This document shows positions 10,466 through 20,326 of a stretch of DNA of 64,000 nucleotides, piece after piece. The stretch comes from Candidatus Woesearchaeota archaeon. Its GTDB lineage: Archaea > Nanobdellota > Nanobdellia > Pacearchaeales > GW2011-AR1. The DNA is taken from positions 71,425 through 135,424 of the forward strand of contig CAZDXC010000002.1 in NCBI GenBank assembly GCA_964509675.1, read 5' to 3'. A program made the translations under genes and the position numbers. Under the pieces are notes generated by a model. The model searched no databases and had not been told where the DNA came from. It was given only the letters and a program-made list of their open reading frames with translations. Numbering within the stretch: position 1 is the stretch's first letter; every line of letters starts with the position of its first letter.

Positions 10466-11938
10466 ATGGTAAGAGTGTTATTTATCACAAGAGGAGAAGA
10501 ACATTATCCTCCAATGGGAATTATGCAGATTTCTGCTACTGCAAAACAGGCTGGACATGAAACTTATTTAGCCTTATTATCAAAAGATAATGTATGGGAA
10601 AGGATAGAAGAAGTCCAGCCAAACGTAATTGCTTATTCTGGGTCAACAGGAGAACACAAAGATTACTTTGAATTTAATAAAAAACTTAAGGCTAAAAAAT
10701 CTAATATTATAACAATAATGGGCGGACCCCATGCTACCTTTTTTCCTGAAAATACTTTAGAAGATGCTAAACTTGATGCTGTTTGTATTGGAGAGGGAGA
10801 TTATGCCTTTCCGAATTTTTTAAATGTTGTAAGTGCAGGGGGGGATTTTTTGAATCTTAGAAATATAATGACACGTCCCAATAAAAGACCAGAATTATCT
10901 TCACTTATAAAAAATTTAGACTCTCTTCCCTTTGTAGATAGAGAATTATTTTATGGTTATGGAAAGGCTGGAAAAAATTCATTAAAACATTTTTTTGCTA
11001 CAAGGGGTTGTCCATTTAATTGTACTTATTGCTTTAACGAATCTTTTAGAAATATGTACCCTGGACAGAGATATGTAAGAAGAAGAAGTGTAGATTCTCT
11101 TTTAGAAGAAATTCAAGAGGTAAAAGAAAAATGGCCAATGCAATATATAAAATTTTATGATGATATTTTTGCTTTAAAAGTTGATGATTGGCTAAAAGAA
11201 TTTGCAGAAAAATATCCAAGAAAGATTGGATTGCCATTTTTTGCATTAGCCCGAGTTAATTTAGTTAATAAGGAAATGGTTGATTTATTTTATAAGGCAG
11301 GATGTAGAGCAATAAGCCTATCTATTGAATCTGCAAATCCAAGGATAAGAGAAGAGGTACTAAAAAGAAGGATGACCAATGATGAAATAAAAAATGCATA
11401 CAAATTATTTGGAGACAAAGGAATAGCGATACAAAGTAATAATATTCTTGGACTTCCAACCTCTACTATTGAAGATGATATTCAAACTGTTGATTTTAAT
11501 ATAGAATGCGGTCCGAAACAAGGAGCAATTGTAATGGCGGAATTTGGAACTGCACATCCTTATCCTGGAACAGTTCTTGGAGAATATTGCGAAAATAATG
11601 GGCTTTATGATACTCATAAGGGTTTCTTTGACATGCATCTTTCTTATCAAACAGAATCACCCTTAAATTGTTTTAGTCCTTTAGAAAAAATAATGCAAAG
11701 AAATCTCACTATGCTGGGTCCAATTGCTGTAAGATTTCCTTGGACTAGAAATTTAATAATCAATAATTTAATAAAAAAGCCCACAAATCCATTATACTTC
11801 ATTTTATTTAATATAAATAAAAGCACAGGATATATGAAACACATTTATAAAATAAAAAGGAGTTTTGGAGAATCTTTCGGAGTTATATATAAGAGTTTCA
11901 AGAAAAATTGGTTTAAGAGGATGGGAGAAAAGGTTTAG
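10466..11938 (+). CDS. Cobalamin-binding (class B) radical SAM enzyme
   Basis: N-terminal B12-binding-like Rossmann region (IMGGPHAT, GEGDYAF) followed by the ATRGCPFNCTYCFN CxxxCxxC cluster. Confidence 0.8.
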   Translation: MVRVLFITRGEEHYPPMGIMQISATAKQAGHETYLALLSKDNVWERIEEVQPNVIAYSGSTGEHKDYFEFNKKLKAKKSNIITIMGGPHATFFPENTLEDAKLDAVCIGEGDYAFPNFLNVVSAGGDFLNLRNIMTRPNKRPELSSLIKNLDSLPFVDRELFYGYGKAGKNSLKHFFATRGCPFNCTYCFNESFRNMYPGQRYVRRRSVDSLLEEIQEVKEKWPMQYIKFYDDIFALKVDDWLKEFAEKYPRKIGLPFFALARVNLVNKEMVDLFYKAGCRAISLSIESANPRIREEVLKRRMTNDEIKNAYKLFGDKGIAIQSNNILGLPTSTIEDDIQTVDFNIECGPKQGAIVMAEFGTAHPYPGTVLGEYCENNGLYDTHKGFFDMHLSYQTESPLNCFSPLEKIMQRNLTMLGPIAVRFPWTRNLIINNLIKKPTNPLYFILFNINKSTGYMKHIYKIKRSFGESFGVIYKSFKKNWFKRMGEKV

Positions 11939-11948
11939 GAGAGAATTC

Positions 11949-12935
11949 ATGTCCGAGGATAAAAATTTTCAAAAATATTTTTATAAAAAAATCTTATCTG
12001 TTATTAATTTAGAAAGCAAAGGAAATAATAGAATCTTAGAAGTTATTACATCTGAGGGAAAATTTGCTTTAAAAATTTATTCAAGGAGACATTTTCAAGG
12101 ATGGGATAGGGGTGGAACGGAATTTAAGACATTATCCTACTTATGGAAAAAAGGTTTTAGAGAAATCTCACAACCAATTAAGTTTTATAGAGAAGATAAT
12201 ATCGGAGTATATACTTTTGCAGAAGGAAAAATTCTTAAAACAGAAGAAATAGGGAGAAAGGACATTAATAAAGCTATTAATTTTTTAATACATTTACATA
12301 AATTGGGGGAAGAAGACAAAAAAAAATTCTCTCCTGCTAGTTCAGCATGTTTAAACCTTCAAGAATATATTAATGTTTTAGAATCAAGATTTCAATACAT
12401 AAAAAAAGGATTTTTTGAAAGAAATCCAGAAATTAGAGATTTTTTATTATCTTCCGTTAGGGGTAAGATAACAGAACTTAAAAATAATTTTCTTGAAGAA
12501 ACTAAAGATTTAGATATTACAAGAAAAATTGGTTTAGAACAACAAGTTTTAACTCCTGCAGATTTTGGTTTTCATAATATTTTAAAAAATGGAAAAGAGT
12601 ACACTTTTCTTGACTTTGAATATTTTGGTAGAGATGATCCTGTTAGACAGATACTTGATTTTATATATCATGGAAGTTCCAGAGGAATTAGTGAAGAATT
12701 GAAATCTTATTTCATGGATGAATATCTCTTTTCTATGAATGATTTAGATCTTAGGGATAGACTTAAATTATTAACTCCTCTAATTAAAATGGCATGGATC
12801 CTTATTTGTTTAAATCCTTTTAATGCTGAGTATGAGGAAAATATTCTATCTAAACACTTAGAAGGAGATTATATAAAAAAATTCAAAAAAAAGAGATTTG
12901 AAGAAGCTAAAAAAAGATTCGAGGAACTTCCGTGA
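11949..12935 (+). CDS. Aminoglycoside/choline-kinase-fold phosphotransferase (APH/ChoK family). Candidate sugar-1-kinase or LicA-like kinase.
   Basis: Brenner-type catalytic motif FGFHNIL and DFEYFG (DFG-equivalent). The start is chosen at the internal Met to avoid overlap with the upstream gene. Confidence 0.55.
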   Translation: MSEDKNFQKYFYKKILSVINLESKGNNRILEVITSEGKFALKIYSRRHFQGWDRGGTEFKTLSYLWKKGFREISQPIKFYREDNIGVYTFAEGKILKTEEIGRKDINKAINFLIHLHKLGEEDKKKFSPASSACLNLQEYINVLESRFQYIKKGFFERNPEIRDFLLSSVRGKITELKNNFLEETKDLDITRKIGLEQQVLTPADFGFHNILKNGKEYTFLDFEYFGRDDPVRQILDFIYHGSSRGISEELKSYFMDEYLFSMNDLDLRDRLKLLTPLIKMAWILICLNPFNAEYEENILSKHLEGDYIKKFKKKRFEEAKKRFEELP

Positions 12936-12995
12936 AAACGATTAATTATATAAATATTTTAAATTTGACAATAAATAAGGATTTAATATAATAAG

Positions 12996-14042
12996 ATGGT
13001 GCGATTAGATATAGATGGAACAAACCTCCCATATCAACCAGAAAGAGTTTCTGAATGGAAAAAAAAAGGAGATTGCTTTCCCCTTTATGTTGAAATAGGG
13101 CCTACAAACAGGTGTAATCATAGATGTATTTTTTGTGCATTAGACTGGGTCAAACATGGAAAGATAGATATCAACAAAAAAATTTTGATTAGAAATTTAA
13201 AAGATATGATTCGGGGAGGAGTTAAATCAGTAATGTTTGCAGGAGAGGGGGAACCCGTATTACACAAAAATCTAACTGATTTTGTATGGACAGCTAGCAA
13301 TTATGGTGCTTCTGTTTCAATAACGACAAATGGTTCTATATTTAATAAAGACCTTGCAGAAAAAATAATGCCTTATTTAACTTGGATAAGATTTAGTGTG
13401 GATGCAGGATCAAGCGAGACATATTCTAAAATTCATGGAACTAATAAGGAAGATTTTAGAAGAACAATTAAAAATATAGAGTATGCTGTTAAATTAAAGA
13501 ATGAAAAGGCTAATGTAAGTGTTCAAACATTGGTTCTTCCACAAAATATTCATGAAATAAGTAAACTTGCAAAGATTTTATTAGAAATTGGAGTTGATAT
13601 GTTACAAGTAAAACCCTATTCTTATCATCCGCTTAGTTCAAATAATTTTTATGTAAATCTAAAAGAATATGAATTGTTAGATAAAGAATTAAAAGTTTTT
13701 AATTCCCCAAATTTTAAGATTAAAGTTAGAAAAAAAACATTAGAAAGAATACTAAAAGGGATAGATTATTTACAATGCTATGCTTTACCCTTTTTTGCTT
13801 TAATAGATGCAAAAGGAAATTTAATTCCTTGTAATCTGTTTTATGATAATGAAAATTTTATATATGGAAATTTATATAAAGAAAAATTTAGTAAGATTTG
13901 GAGAGGAAAAAAAAGAAGAATGGTCTTGGAAAAATTAAGGGAAGGGGGACTTGAAAATTGTAGAAAAGGATGCAGATTAGATGCAAGCAATAGATATTTG
14001 GATAGTATCATAAATCGAGGAGAATTTCAAAATTTTCTTTAA
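12996..14042 (+). CDS. Radical SAM enzyme with C-terminal SPASM/twitch-like Cys-rich domain
   Basis: IGPTNRCNHRCIFCAL (CxxxCxxC). Additional C-terminal cysteines (CYALPFF...CNLFYD...CRKGC). Confidence 0.75.
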   Translation: MVRLDIDGTNLPYQPERVSEWKKKGDCFPLYVEIGPTNRCNHRCIFCALDWVKHGKIDINKKILIRNLKDMIRGGVKSVMFAGEGEPVLHKNLTDFVWTASNYGASVSITTNGSIFNKDLAEKIMPYLTWIRFSVDAGSSETYSKIHGTNKEDFRRTIKNIEYAVKLKNEKANVSVQTLVLPQNIHEISKLAKILLEIGVDMLQVKPYSYHPLSSNNFYVNLKEYELLDKELKVFNSPNFKIKVRKKTLERILKGIDYLQCYALPFFALIDAKGNLIPCNLFYDNENFIYGNLYKEKFSKIWRGKKRRMVLEKLREGGLENCRKGCRLDASNRYLDSIINRGEFQNFL

Positions 14043-14043
14043 A

Positions 14044-14892
14044 ATGGATTTAATAAAGCTTCCAGAGAGATATAATTATAGTGAAGCATATCTAACTCTT
14101 AGATGTAATCTTGGCTGTTCTTATTGTATAAATCAACAATCTAGTGTTATAAGGAATAGAAGAGAATTATCTGCAAAAGAATGGGCAAATGCATTAAATA
14201 GGATAGATTTTGGAGATATTCCATTAACATTGGGTGGAGGAGAGCCAACTCTCCATAAAGAATTTTTTGTTTTATTGGATTTATTACGGCCAGATATTAA
14301 CATAGATTTATTAACAAATTTAGATTTTAATATAGATGAATTTATCTCAAGGACTTCTCCTGACAGATTTAACAGTAGAAAAAATTCTGCATATCGTTCT
14401 ATAAGAGTTAGTTATCATGCTGAAAAAATGAATCCTGAAGACTTGATGTATAAAGTTGAAAAATTACAAAAAAAGGGTTTTTCTATAGGTGTTTTTGGAT
14501 TAAATCATCCCCATAATTTAGAATCTAATATGCATATGTCAGAAGTAGCAAGACAAAATCAAGTATATTTTTTTATAAAAGATTTTTTAGGAATATATGA
14601 TGGACATCTATTTGGATATTTTAAATACCCTTCTGGATTAGATGGAAAAAAAAAGAGAGTATTTTGTAGAACAAATGAATTTTTGATAGATCCCTGTGGA
14701 GATGTTTATAGATGTCATAGAGATTTATATAAAAAAGAAGGCGCAATAATAAATATAACTAACCCCCATTTTAAAATAAATGAAAGATTTAAATATTGTA
14801 ATAATTATGGGGAATGTAATCCTTGTGATGTAAAATTAAAAGCAAATCGTTTTTTAAAAGGAGGAAATTGTTCTGTAGAGATTATAGGTTAA
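14044..14892 (+). CDS. Radical SAM enzyme (small, QueE/activase-like core with auxiliary Cys cluster)
   Basis: LTLRCNLGCSYCIN CxxxCxxC. C-terminal CRTNEF...CGDVYRCHRD...CNNYGECNPCD cysteines. Confidence 0.7.
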   Translation: MDLIKLPERYNYSEAYLTLRCNLGCSYCINQQSSVIRNRRELSAKEWANALNRIDFGDIPLTLGGGEPTLHKEFFVLLDLLRPDINIDLLTNLDFNIDEFISRTSPDRFNSRKNSAYRSIRVSYHAEKMNPEDLMYKVEKLQKKGFSIGVFGLNHPHNLESNMHMSEVARQNQVYFFIKDFLGIYDGHLFGYFKYPSGLDGKKKRVFCRTNEFLIDPCGDVYRCHRDLYKKEGAIINITNPHFKINERFKYCNNYGECNPCDVKLKANRFLKGGNCSVEIIG

Positions 14893-15677
14893 CGAATTTC
14901 TGAAACTTTTCTTGATTTATACTTAGATAAAAAAATAGCTATTTTTTCAAATAATTCAAAATTATCTAAAACAGCCATTGTTATTGGATGAATTAATAAT
15001 ATGCTTGGAATTTTTTTTCTTTCATTATCAATAATCCTTTTTTTAATAATCTCAAACCATTCTTCTGGATTAATTCTGCTTTTTACACAACTCGCAAAAG
15101 GACTTTGGTTTTCTGGTCTTAATACCCCATATGCAATTGTATTTTGGTCAGGAGGAATGTTTATTGGGATATGAATGATTCCTCCTTTTTCAAAAGGCAT
15201 AATATCTCCTGCCAAATCAGAAACATATTTTACTTCTTTCTGTTTTAAAATTTTGAATGTTTCTTCATTTGAACCAAAAGCATGTGTTCTCCATGATTTC
15301 ATGTCAAGCCCAGATTTCTCAAATGCCTTTTTGGTTTTTTTTATATCTTTTTTTTGGAATCTTTTTGAACCGTAAACACATTCAAAAAATTTTCTGTTAA
15401 TGTAACTTCTAAAAACATTCATTCTTCCAAAATTGTCGTAGGTATGTCCTCCTAACTCTACATTATAGATTAACAATTCTTTAATTTTGGAAGGATTTTC
15501 ATCTAAAAATTTTCCATTAATAAACAATGTTGAAGATAATTTGTATTTTTTTAAAATTTCCAAATATTTTTTTGCAGCATCCAACTCAGAACCAGCTTTC
15601 TGTTGCTCCCAGTTCCCTTTCATCTTAGTATGAACATCTCCTGTTAGATATATCATAATTCTTTTTGATAATGGCAT
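14889..15677 (-). CDS. Polysaccharide deacetylase-like (CE4/NodB-like) protein
   Basis: IMIYLTGDVH and LGGHTYDNF resemble CE4 motifs 1-2. The start is placed at the internal Met (MPLSKRIM) to avoid overlap with the divergent GT4. Confidence 0.5.
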   Translation of the reverse strand: MPLSKRIMIYLTGDVHTKMKGNWEQQKAGSELDAAKKYLEILKKYKLSSTLFINGKFLDENPSKIKELLIYNVELGGHTYDNFGRMNVFRSYINRKFFECVYGSKRFQKKDIKKTKKAFEKSGLDMKSWRTHAFGSNEETFKILKQKEVKYVSDLAGDIMPFEKGGIIHIPINIPPDQNTIAYGVLRPENQSPFASCVKSRINPEEWFEIIKKRIIDNERKKIPSILLIHPITMAVLDNFELFEKIAIFLSKYKSRKVSEIR

Positions 15678-15737
15678 TATAAAAATCTTTCTTGTTAATA
15701 AAGAAGATTTAAATAGGGGTTTATTTTTTGAATTTTC

Positions 15738-16808
15738 ATGATTAAAAGACTTTGCATATTTACTGTCGATTATGCCTTTAATAGACAATCAATAATCAAT
15801 TATCTGGAGAAAATTATTCCTGAAAATATAGAAATTTATATTTTTACAACTGAAAATAATAAAAATAAATATACTTCAAAGAAGGCTAAAACAGCAGATA
15901 CATATTGTAACAAGTATAATTGTTTTTTTGAATTGAGGAAATTTTGTAAGAAAAACAAAATTGACAGAATAATAAACTTGGGGGTTCTACCTCAAGAAGG
16001 CTTTCTAATGCTATTTGCGACAATATTTACAAAAACAGATTTTATAAGTTATCAATTAGGAAATCCATTAGAAGCCTTTAAGGTAAATGAAGGAAAAAGA
16101 AAAATAAAAACTCTCTTTGAGAAACTATTTTTTTATCCTATTCTTTTCTTTTCAAAAAAGGGCGTTCTTTGTTTAAAGAATTTAACTAATCATTACAAAA
16201 GAAAACTTCCACCCATAAAGAAAAAAATATTTTATTTCCCCCATTTAATTGACATCAGTCTCTTTATACCTAAAAATAAATTAAATTGCAGAAAAAGATT
16301 AAAAATAGGAAAAAAGGATAAGGTGATAATATTTGTTGGAAGAATAGAATATCTTAAAGGTTCTGATATTTTGTATGAAACCATTAAGCAAAATCCAGAC
16401 AAGAAATTCATTTTGATAGGAAAAATAAAAGATGAGACCTATAAAAAAAGAAAATTAAAAAATATTATACATTTAGAATCAAAATCGCAAAAAGAATTGG
16501 TTGATTATTATAATGTAGCGGATTTATGTTTTTTTCCGAGCAGACTTGAAGGAATTCCTGTAGTTCCACGAGAAGCTATGGCATGTGGTATTCCAACAAT
16601 AATTTCTGATATAAGTTGCTCAAAAGAAATAAAAAGTATAATTATTGTTCCTTTGGATATAGAAAAAATGAATTATGAAATAAATAATTTTTTTAAATTA
16701 TCTTCTAGAGAAAAAAAAGAGTTGTCTATAAAATCAAGAAATTCAATTATAAGAGACTATAGTTTAGAAACTTGGAAAGAAGAGTATATAAGGAAAATTT
16801 TAAATTAA
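15738..16808 (+). CDS. GT4 family glycosyltransferase
   Basis: C-terminal RLEGIPVVPREAMACGIPTIISD (E-x7-E retaining GT-B signature). Confidence 0.75.
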   Translation: MIKRLCIFTVDYAFNRQSIINYLEKIIPENIEIYIFTTENNKNKYTSKKAKTADTYCNKYNCFFELRKFCKKNKIDRIINLGVLPQEGFLMLFATIFTKTDFISYQLGNPLEAFKVNEGKRKIKTLFEKLFFYPILFFSKKGVLCLKNLTNHYKRKLPPIKKKIFYFPHLIDISLFIPKNKLNCRKRLKIGKKDKVIIFVGRIEYLKGSDILYETIKQNPDKKFILIGKIKDETYKKRKLKNIIHLESKSQKELVDYYNVADLCFFPSRLEGIPVVPREAMACGIPTIISDISCSKEIKSIIIVPLDIEKMNYEINNFFKLSSREKKELSIKSRNSIIRDYSLETWKEEYIRKILN

Positions 16809-16810
16809 AA

Positions 16811-17572
16811 ATGAAACATATAGCCAGTTCTAAACGTTGGAAAATCGCACAGGATTCTGAAAAAGAATATTGGGGAGAATTTACAAAAGAATTTCTTTTG
16901 AAAGGGGAAGCAGAAAGGCATAGAAAAAAAGCCCAAATTTTAGAAAAAAGATGGAAAAAATTTATAAATCCAAATAAAAATTTTAGGATTTTACAGATAG
17001 GTTGTGGCCCGGAAGATGTTATTAATTACATCTCAACAGGCAGAAAATATGCTATTGATCCTTTAGCAGATTTCTATAAAAGAAAATTTAATTTAGATTA
17101 CAACCAAATAGTATTTATCGAGGGAAGAGCAGAAAACCTTCCATTCAAAGATAAATACTTTGATTTAATAATCTTAGCAAATGTTTTAGATCATGTTGAA
17201 AATTCACAAAAAGCTTTGTCAGAAATAAAACGTGTAATGAAAGATAAAAGTCTATTTTATTTTGAAAATTTATTTTATCAAAAAAACTTTATTAGAATCG
17301 CAAAAATATATGGTGCATTACGAAAAAAATTAACCGGCAATATATTTAATATTCATCATCCTTTTATGTTTATGTTAAAAGACCTTAAATATTTGCTTTC
17401 TAAAGATTTTTCAATTATCAATGAAGAAATAGGTATGGATATTGGTTCTTACAATAGTCTAGAAGAAATGAAAAAGATGAAGAAAAAAGAAAAAAAACTT
17501 ACTGCTAAAATTCCAGCAATGTTCGGATTGTATGGCGCGATTAATTATACTGCTATATGTAATAAAAAATAA
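16811..17572 (+). CDS. Class I SAM-dependent methyltransferase
   Basis: ILQIGCGPEDV motif I. FDLIILANVLDHV motif. Start at the internal MKH to avoid overlap. Confidence 0.7.
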   Translation: MKHIASSKRWKIAQDSEKEYWGEFTKEFLLKGEAERHRKKAQILEKRWKKFINPNKNFRILQIGCGPEDVINYISTGRKYAIDPLADFYKRKFNLDYNQIVFIEGRAENLPFKDKYFDLIILANVLDHVENSQKALSEIKRVMKDKSLFYFENLFYQKNFIRIAKIYGALRKKLTGNIFNIHHPFMFMLKDLKYLLSKDFSIINEEIGMDIGSYNSLEEMKKMKKKEKKLTAKIPAMFGLYGAINYTAICNKK

Positions 17573-17588
17573 TTTTTTTCTTTTTATT

Positions 17589-18161
17589 CTATTCTTTTAT
17601 TAAAAAATTATAAATGTGTGGATGTAATTTTTTTTCATCAGAGGTCTTTTTTTCCTTACTACTAGTATACCTAATAGGAAAACCAAAATGGGGAACTGCC
17701 TTAAAAAGTTTGAAATTTTTTAGTTCATCAGGAATAATTGGAGAATAATAAGAATCCCACCCCAAAATTAAAATCCCTTTTTTTTTCAAAACTTTATAAC
17801 AATTTTTCATAACTTTTTCTGCATCTTTTATAGTATCTACACCAAAACCAAAAACTCCACAAAAGAATATATAATCAAAAAAGTCTTTTGGAAAATATTT
17901 GCCAACATTAACTATGCTTCCTACTATGTGTTTCCGGGCTCCGAATTGTGCAACTTCAGGATTTACATCTATAGTCCATAAATCATTTCTTTCTAGTTTT
18001 TCGGGATAATCTTTAGTATAACTTGCAACTCCAACGAATAAAACCTTTTTATTTTTTATTTTAGGAAACATCTTTCTTTCCAAGTCATATCTTGCTTTAC
18101 ATCGCCATTTTAATAACAATTCTCTCATAATTTTTCTAAAGATATTTTGTCTATTGTTCAT
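17589..18161 (-). CDS. Hypothetical protein with methyltransferase-like Rossmann fold
   Basis: VLFVGVASYT...DLWTIDVNPE...FDYIFFCGVFGF resembles MTase motifs I/II/III but lacks a canonical Gly-rich loop. Confidence 0.3.
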   Translation of the reverse strand: MNNRQNIFRKIMRELLLKWRCKARYDLERKMFPKIKNKKVLFVGVASYTKDYPEKLERNDLWTIDVNPEVAQFGARKHIVGSIVNVGKYFPKDFFDYIFFCGVFGFGVDTIKDAEKVMKNCYKVLKKKGILILGWDSYYSPIIPDELKNFKLFKAVPHFGFPIRYTSSKEKKTSDEKKLHPHIYNFLIKE

Positions 18162-18814
18162 TCTTTTCTCTTAGGTTTTGCAAAAACTACCATGCTATAC
18201 CTTAATTTATCTCCAAGAATATCACAAAGTAGATTTTGCAAAAATCTTTTGATTGTATCTGCATTCTGAAAATTTACAAATTTTATCTTTTCCATTGTAA
18301 AATGATGTCTGTTTAATAAACTTTTAATTACTGTTGGAGAAAACCAAAGAGTATGTTCTGGATGAACTTTAAGGTCATTGTTAAGTAATCTTATTAATCC
18401 CCCAATTTTATAATTAAGAGCAAAAACATTTGGTGTTGTAATTATAAGAAGACCATTTTTTTTGAGGTGTTTCCAAGAACTATCCAAAAACAATCCCGGG
18501 TTACTTAAATGTTCAATGACATCTCCTGCAAAAATAACATCAAATTTCTTATTAAATTTAAAAGTCTCTGCACTTTGACAATAAACATCATAACCCTGTT
18601 TTTTTAGTATATCTATCTTATCTTTGGTTATGTCTATACCTATAACCTCTTTTGCATATTTTTTAAGAAAGCCATGTATCCATCTAGGTTTGTTTTCATT
18701 ATTGATTAATTCTCCTATTTCCGCATAACATCCAACATCTAAAACTATTTTATTTTTAATGTAGGGGGATATAGAAATAATCCTTTGGTCATTGAATTCC
18801 TTTTTTTTTAACAT
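18158..18814 (-). CDS. Class I SAM-dependent methyltransferase
   Basis: VLDVGCYAE motif I. DVIFAGDVIEHL. IITTPN. Confidence 0.65.
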   Translation of the reverse strand: MLKKKEFNDQRIISISPYIKNKIVLDVGCYAEIGELINNENKPRWIHGFLKKYAKEVIGIDITKDKIDILKKQGYDVYCQSAETFKFNKKFDVIFAGDVIEHLSNPGLFLDSSWKHLKKNGLLIITTPNVFALNYKIGGLIRLLNNDLKVHPEHTLWFSPTVIKSLLNRHHFTMEKIKFVNFQNADTIKRFLQNLLCDILGDKLRYSMVVFAKPKRKE

Positions 18815-18904
18815 TTTCTATTTAAGAAACATAAATTCTTAATTTAAAAATATTCCTAAGAAATTACAAGAAAATTTAAAAAGGCATAAAATTCATAAAG
18901 ACTT

Positions 18905-20326
18905 GTGGCAAAAGTTTTGTTAATACAACCAAATAATGATATAAGAAAAAGAGAGATTAGTGCAGAACCTTTTACTCCATTAAGTTTAATCTATTTGGCT
19001 ACGGTTATAGAAGATAAACACTCCGTAAAAATTTATGATAGAAACTTAAATGTAAACGATTTTGCCTTTCTTGATTTTTTAAGGAAATACAATCCAGACA
19101 TAGTTGGATTTACAAGCAATACATCAGAAGTTTTATTTGATATAATCTTATTAGGAAAACTCATAAAAAAAGAATTCCCTAAACTGTTAATTGTTGTGGG
19201 AGGGCCTCACGCAACAATAGAACCAGATTCTGTTTTAAATGAGCCTTATGTGGATTATATAATTAGGGGGGAAGGAGAAGAAGCTTTTTTGGAATTTTGT
19301 GATACTTTTGATAAAAATCCTAAAAAACTTAAGATATTAAAAAACATTAATCATAATCTTTTAAGACCTTACTTAAATATGAACAATTTAAAAATTCCAA
19401 ATTATGGATTACTTGATTTAAAGAAATATAAGATATTCTACGTGAGCATGAATCGGGGTTGTCCAGGAAATTGCACTTTTTGCTATAATGTAAGAAGTTG
19501 GGGTAAAAATGGAAAAGCTTTTGTTAGAACATTTAGCTTAGAAAAATCAAAAGAATTATTCAAACAACTTGCTGAAAAATATCATTTTAAAGTATTTTCT
19601 ATAGTTGATGACCATTTTATTTCTAATAAGCCTTATGCAATTGAACTGTGTACTTATCTAAAAAATTTTAATTTCCATTTTTTTTGTTTTGGAAGAGCAG
19701 ATTATGTAGATGATGAAATATTAAAAGCCCTAAAAAAAGCCGGATGTCACACAATACAAATCGGTATAGAATCAGGCAGCCCCAAAATCTTAAATTTCCT
19801 CAATAAGCAGGTTACAGTTGAACAAAATAGAAAGGCAATAGAATGTTGCAGACGAAACAATATAATTTGCGATGCAAGTTTTATGCTTGGTTTGCCAATT
19901 GAGAATATCTTCAATATGAAAGAAACTGTAGATTTCATTAAAAAGACTAAACCTGATATTATAAACTTAAAAATTTATGATCCACTTCCCGGGGCCATTG
20001 TTTTTGATTTTTGTATTAGCAAGGGCTCATTAGTAAAACCACAAACTTTGGAAGATTGGGCTTCTTGGACAGGGAATATGAGCAGAGTAAACCATAATGT
20101 GAGCCAGGTATCAGATGAAATGATTTTAAAAACTGCAGAAGAAGTATGGAAAGTTAATTTTTATAAGACCAAATTTAAAAAATTAATTTTTTGGTTTAAA
20201 ATTGGAGAATATATTTATGCATTAAAGGGAATTAAGAGATTATTTTTTGATAGAAATCGTATAAGAATTCCTTTTATAGGTCATTTAAATTTAATAAAAA
20301 AGAAAAAAGAGATAAAAAATTATTAA
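18905..20326 (+). CDS. Cobalamin-binding (class B) radical SAM enzyme
   Basis: VVGGPHAT / IRGEGEEAF B12-domain-like region. MNRGCPGNCTFCYN cluster. Apparent GTG start. Confidence 0.8.
   Translation: MAKVLLIQPNNDIRKREISAEPFTPLSLIYLATVIEDKHSVKIYDRNLNVNDFAFLDFLRKYNPDIVGFTSNTSEVLFDIILLGKLIKKEFPKLLIVVGGPHATIEPDSVLNEPYVDYIIRGEGEEAFLEFCDTFDKNPKKLKILKNINHNLLRPYLNMNNLKIPNYGLLDLKKYKIFYVSMNRGCPGNCTFCYNVRSWGKNGKAFVRTFSLEKSKELFKQLAEKYHFKVFSIVDDHFISNKPYAIELCTYLKNFNFHFFCFGRADYVDDEILKALKKAGCHTIQIGIESGSPKILNFLNKQVTVEQNRKAIECCRRNNIICDASFMLGLPIENIFNMKETVDFIKKTKPDIINLKIYDPLPGAIVFDFCISKGSLVKPQTLEDWASWTGNMSRVNHNVSQVSDEMILKTAEEVWKVNFYKTKFKKLIFWFKIGEYIYALKGIKRLFFDRNRIRIPFIGHLNLIKKKKEIKNY

Noticed and set aside
14044-14892. 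Considered assigning the small radical SAM as QueE, partnering the QueC-like gene
   Set aside because: It is 13 kb from queC, is longer than QueE and carries extra SPASM-like cysteines. It is kept as a generic radical SAM.
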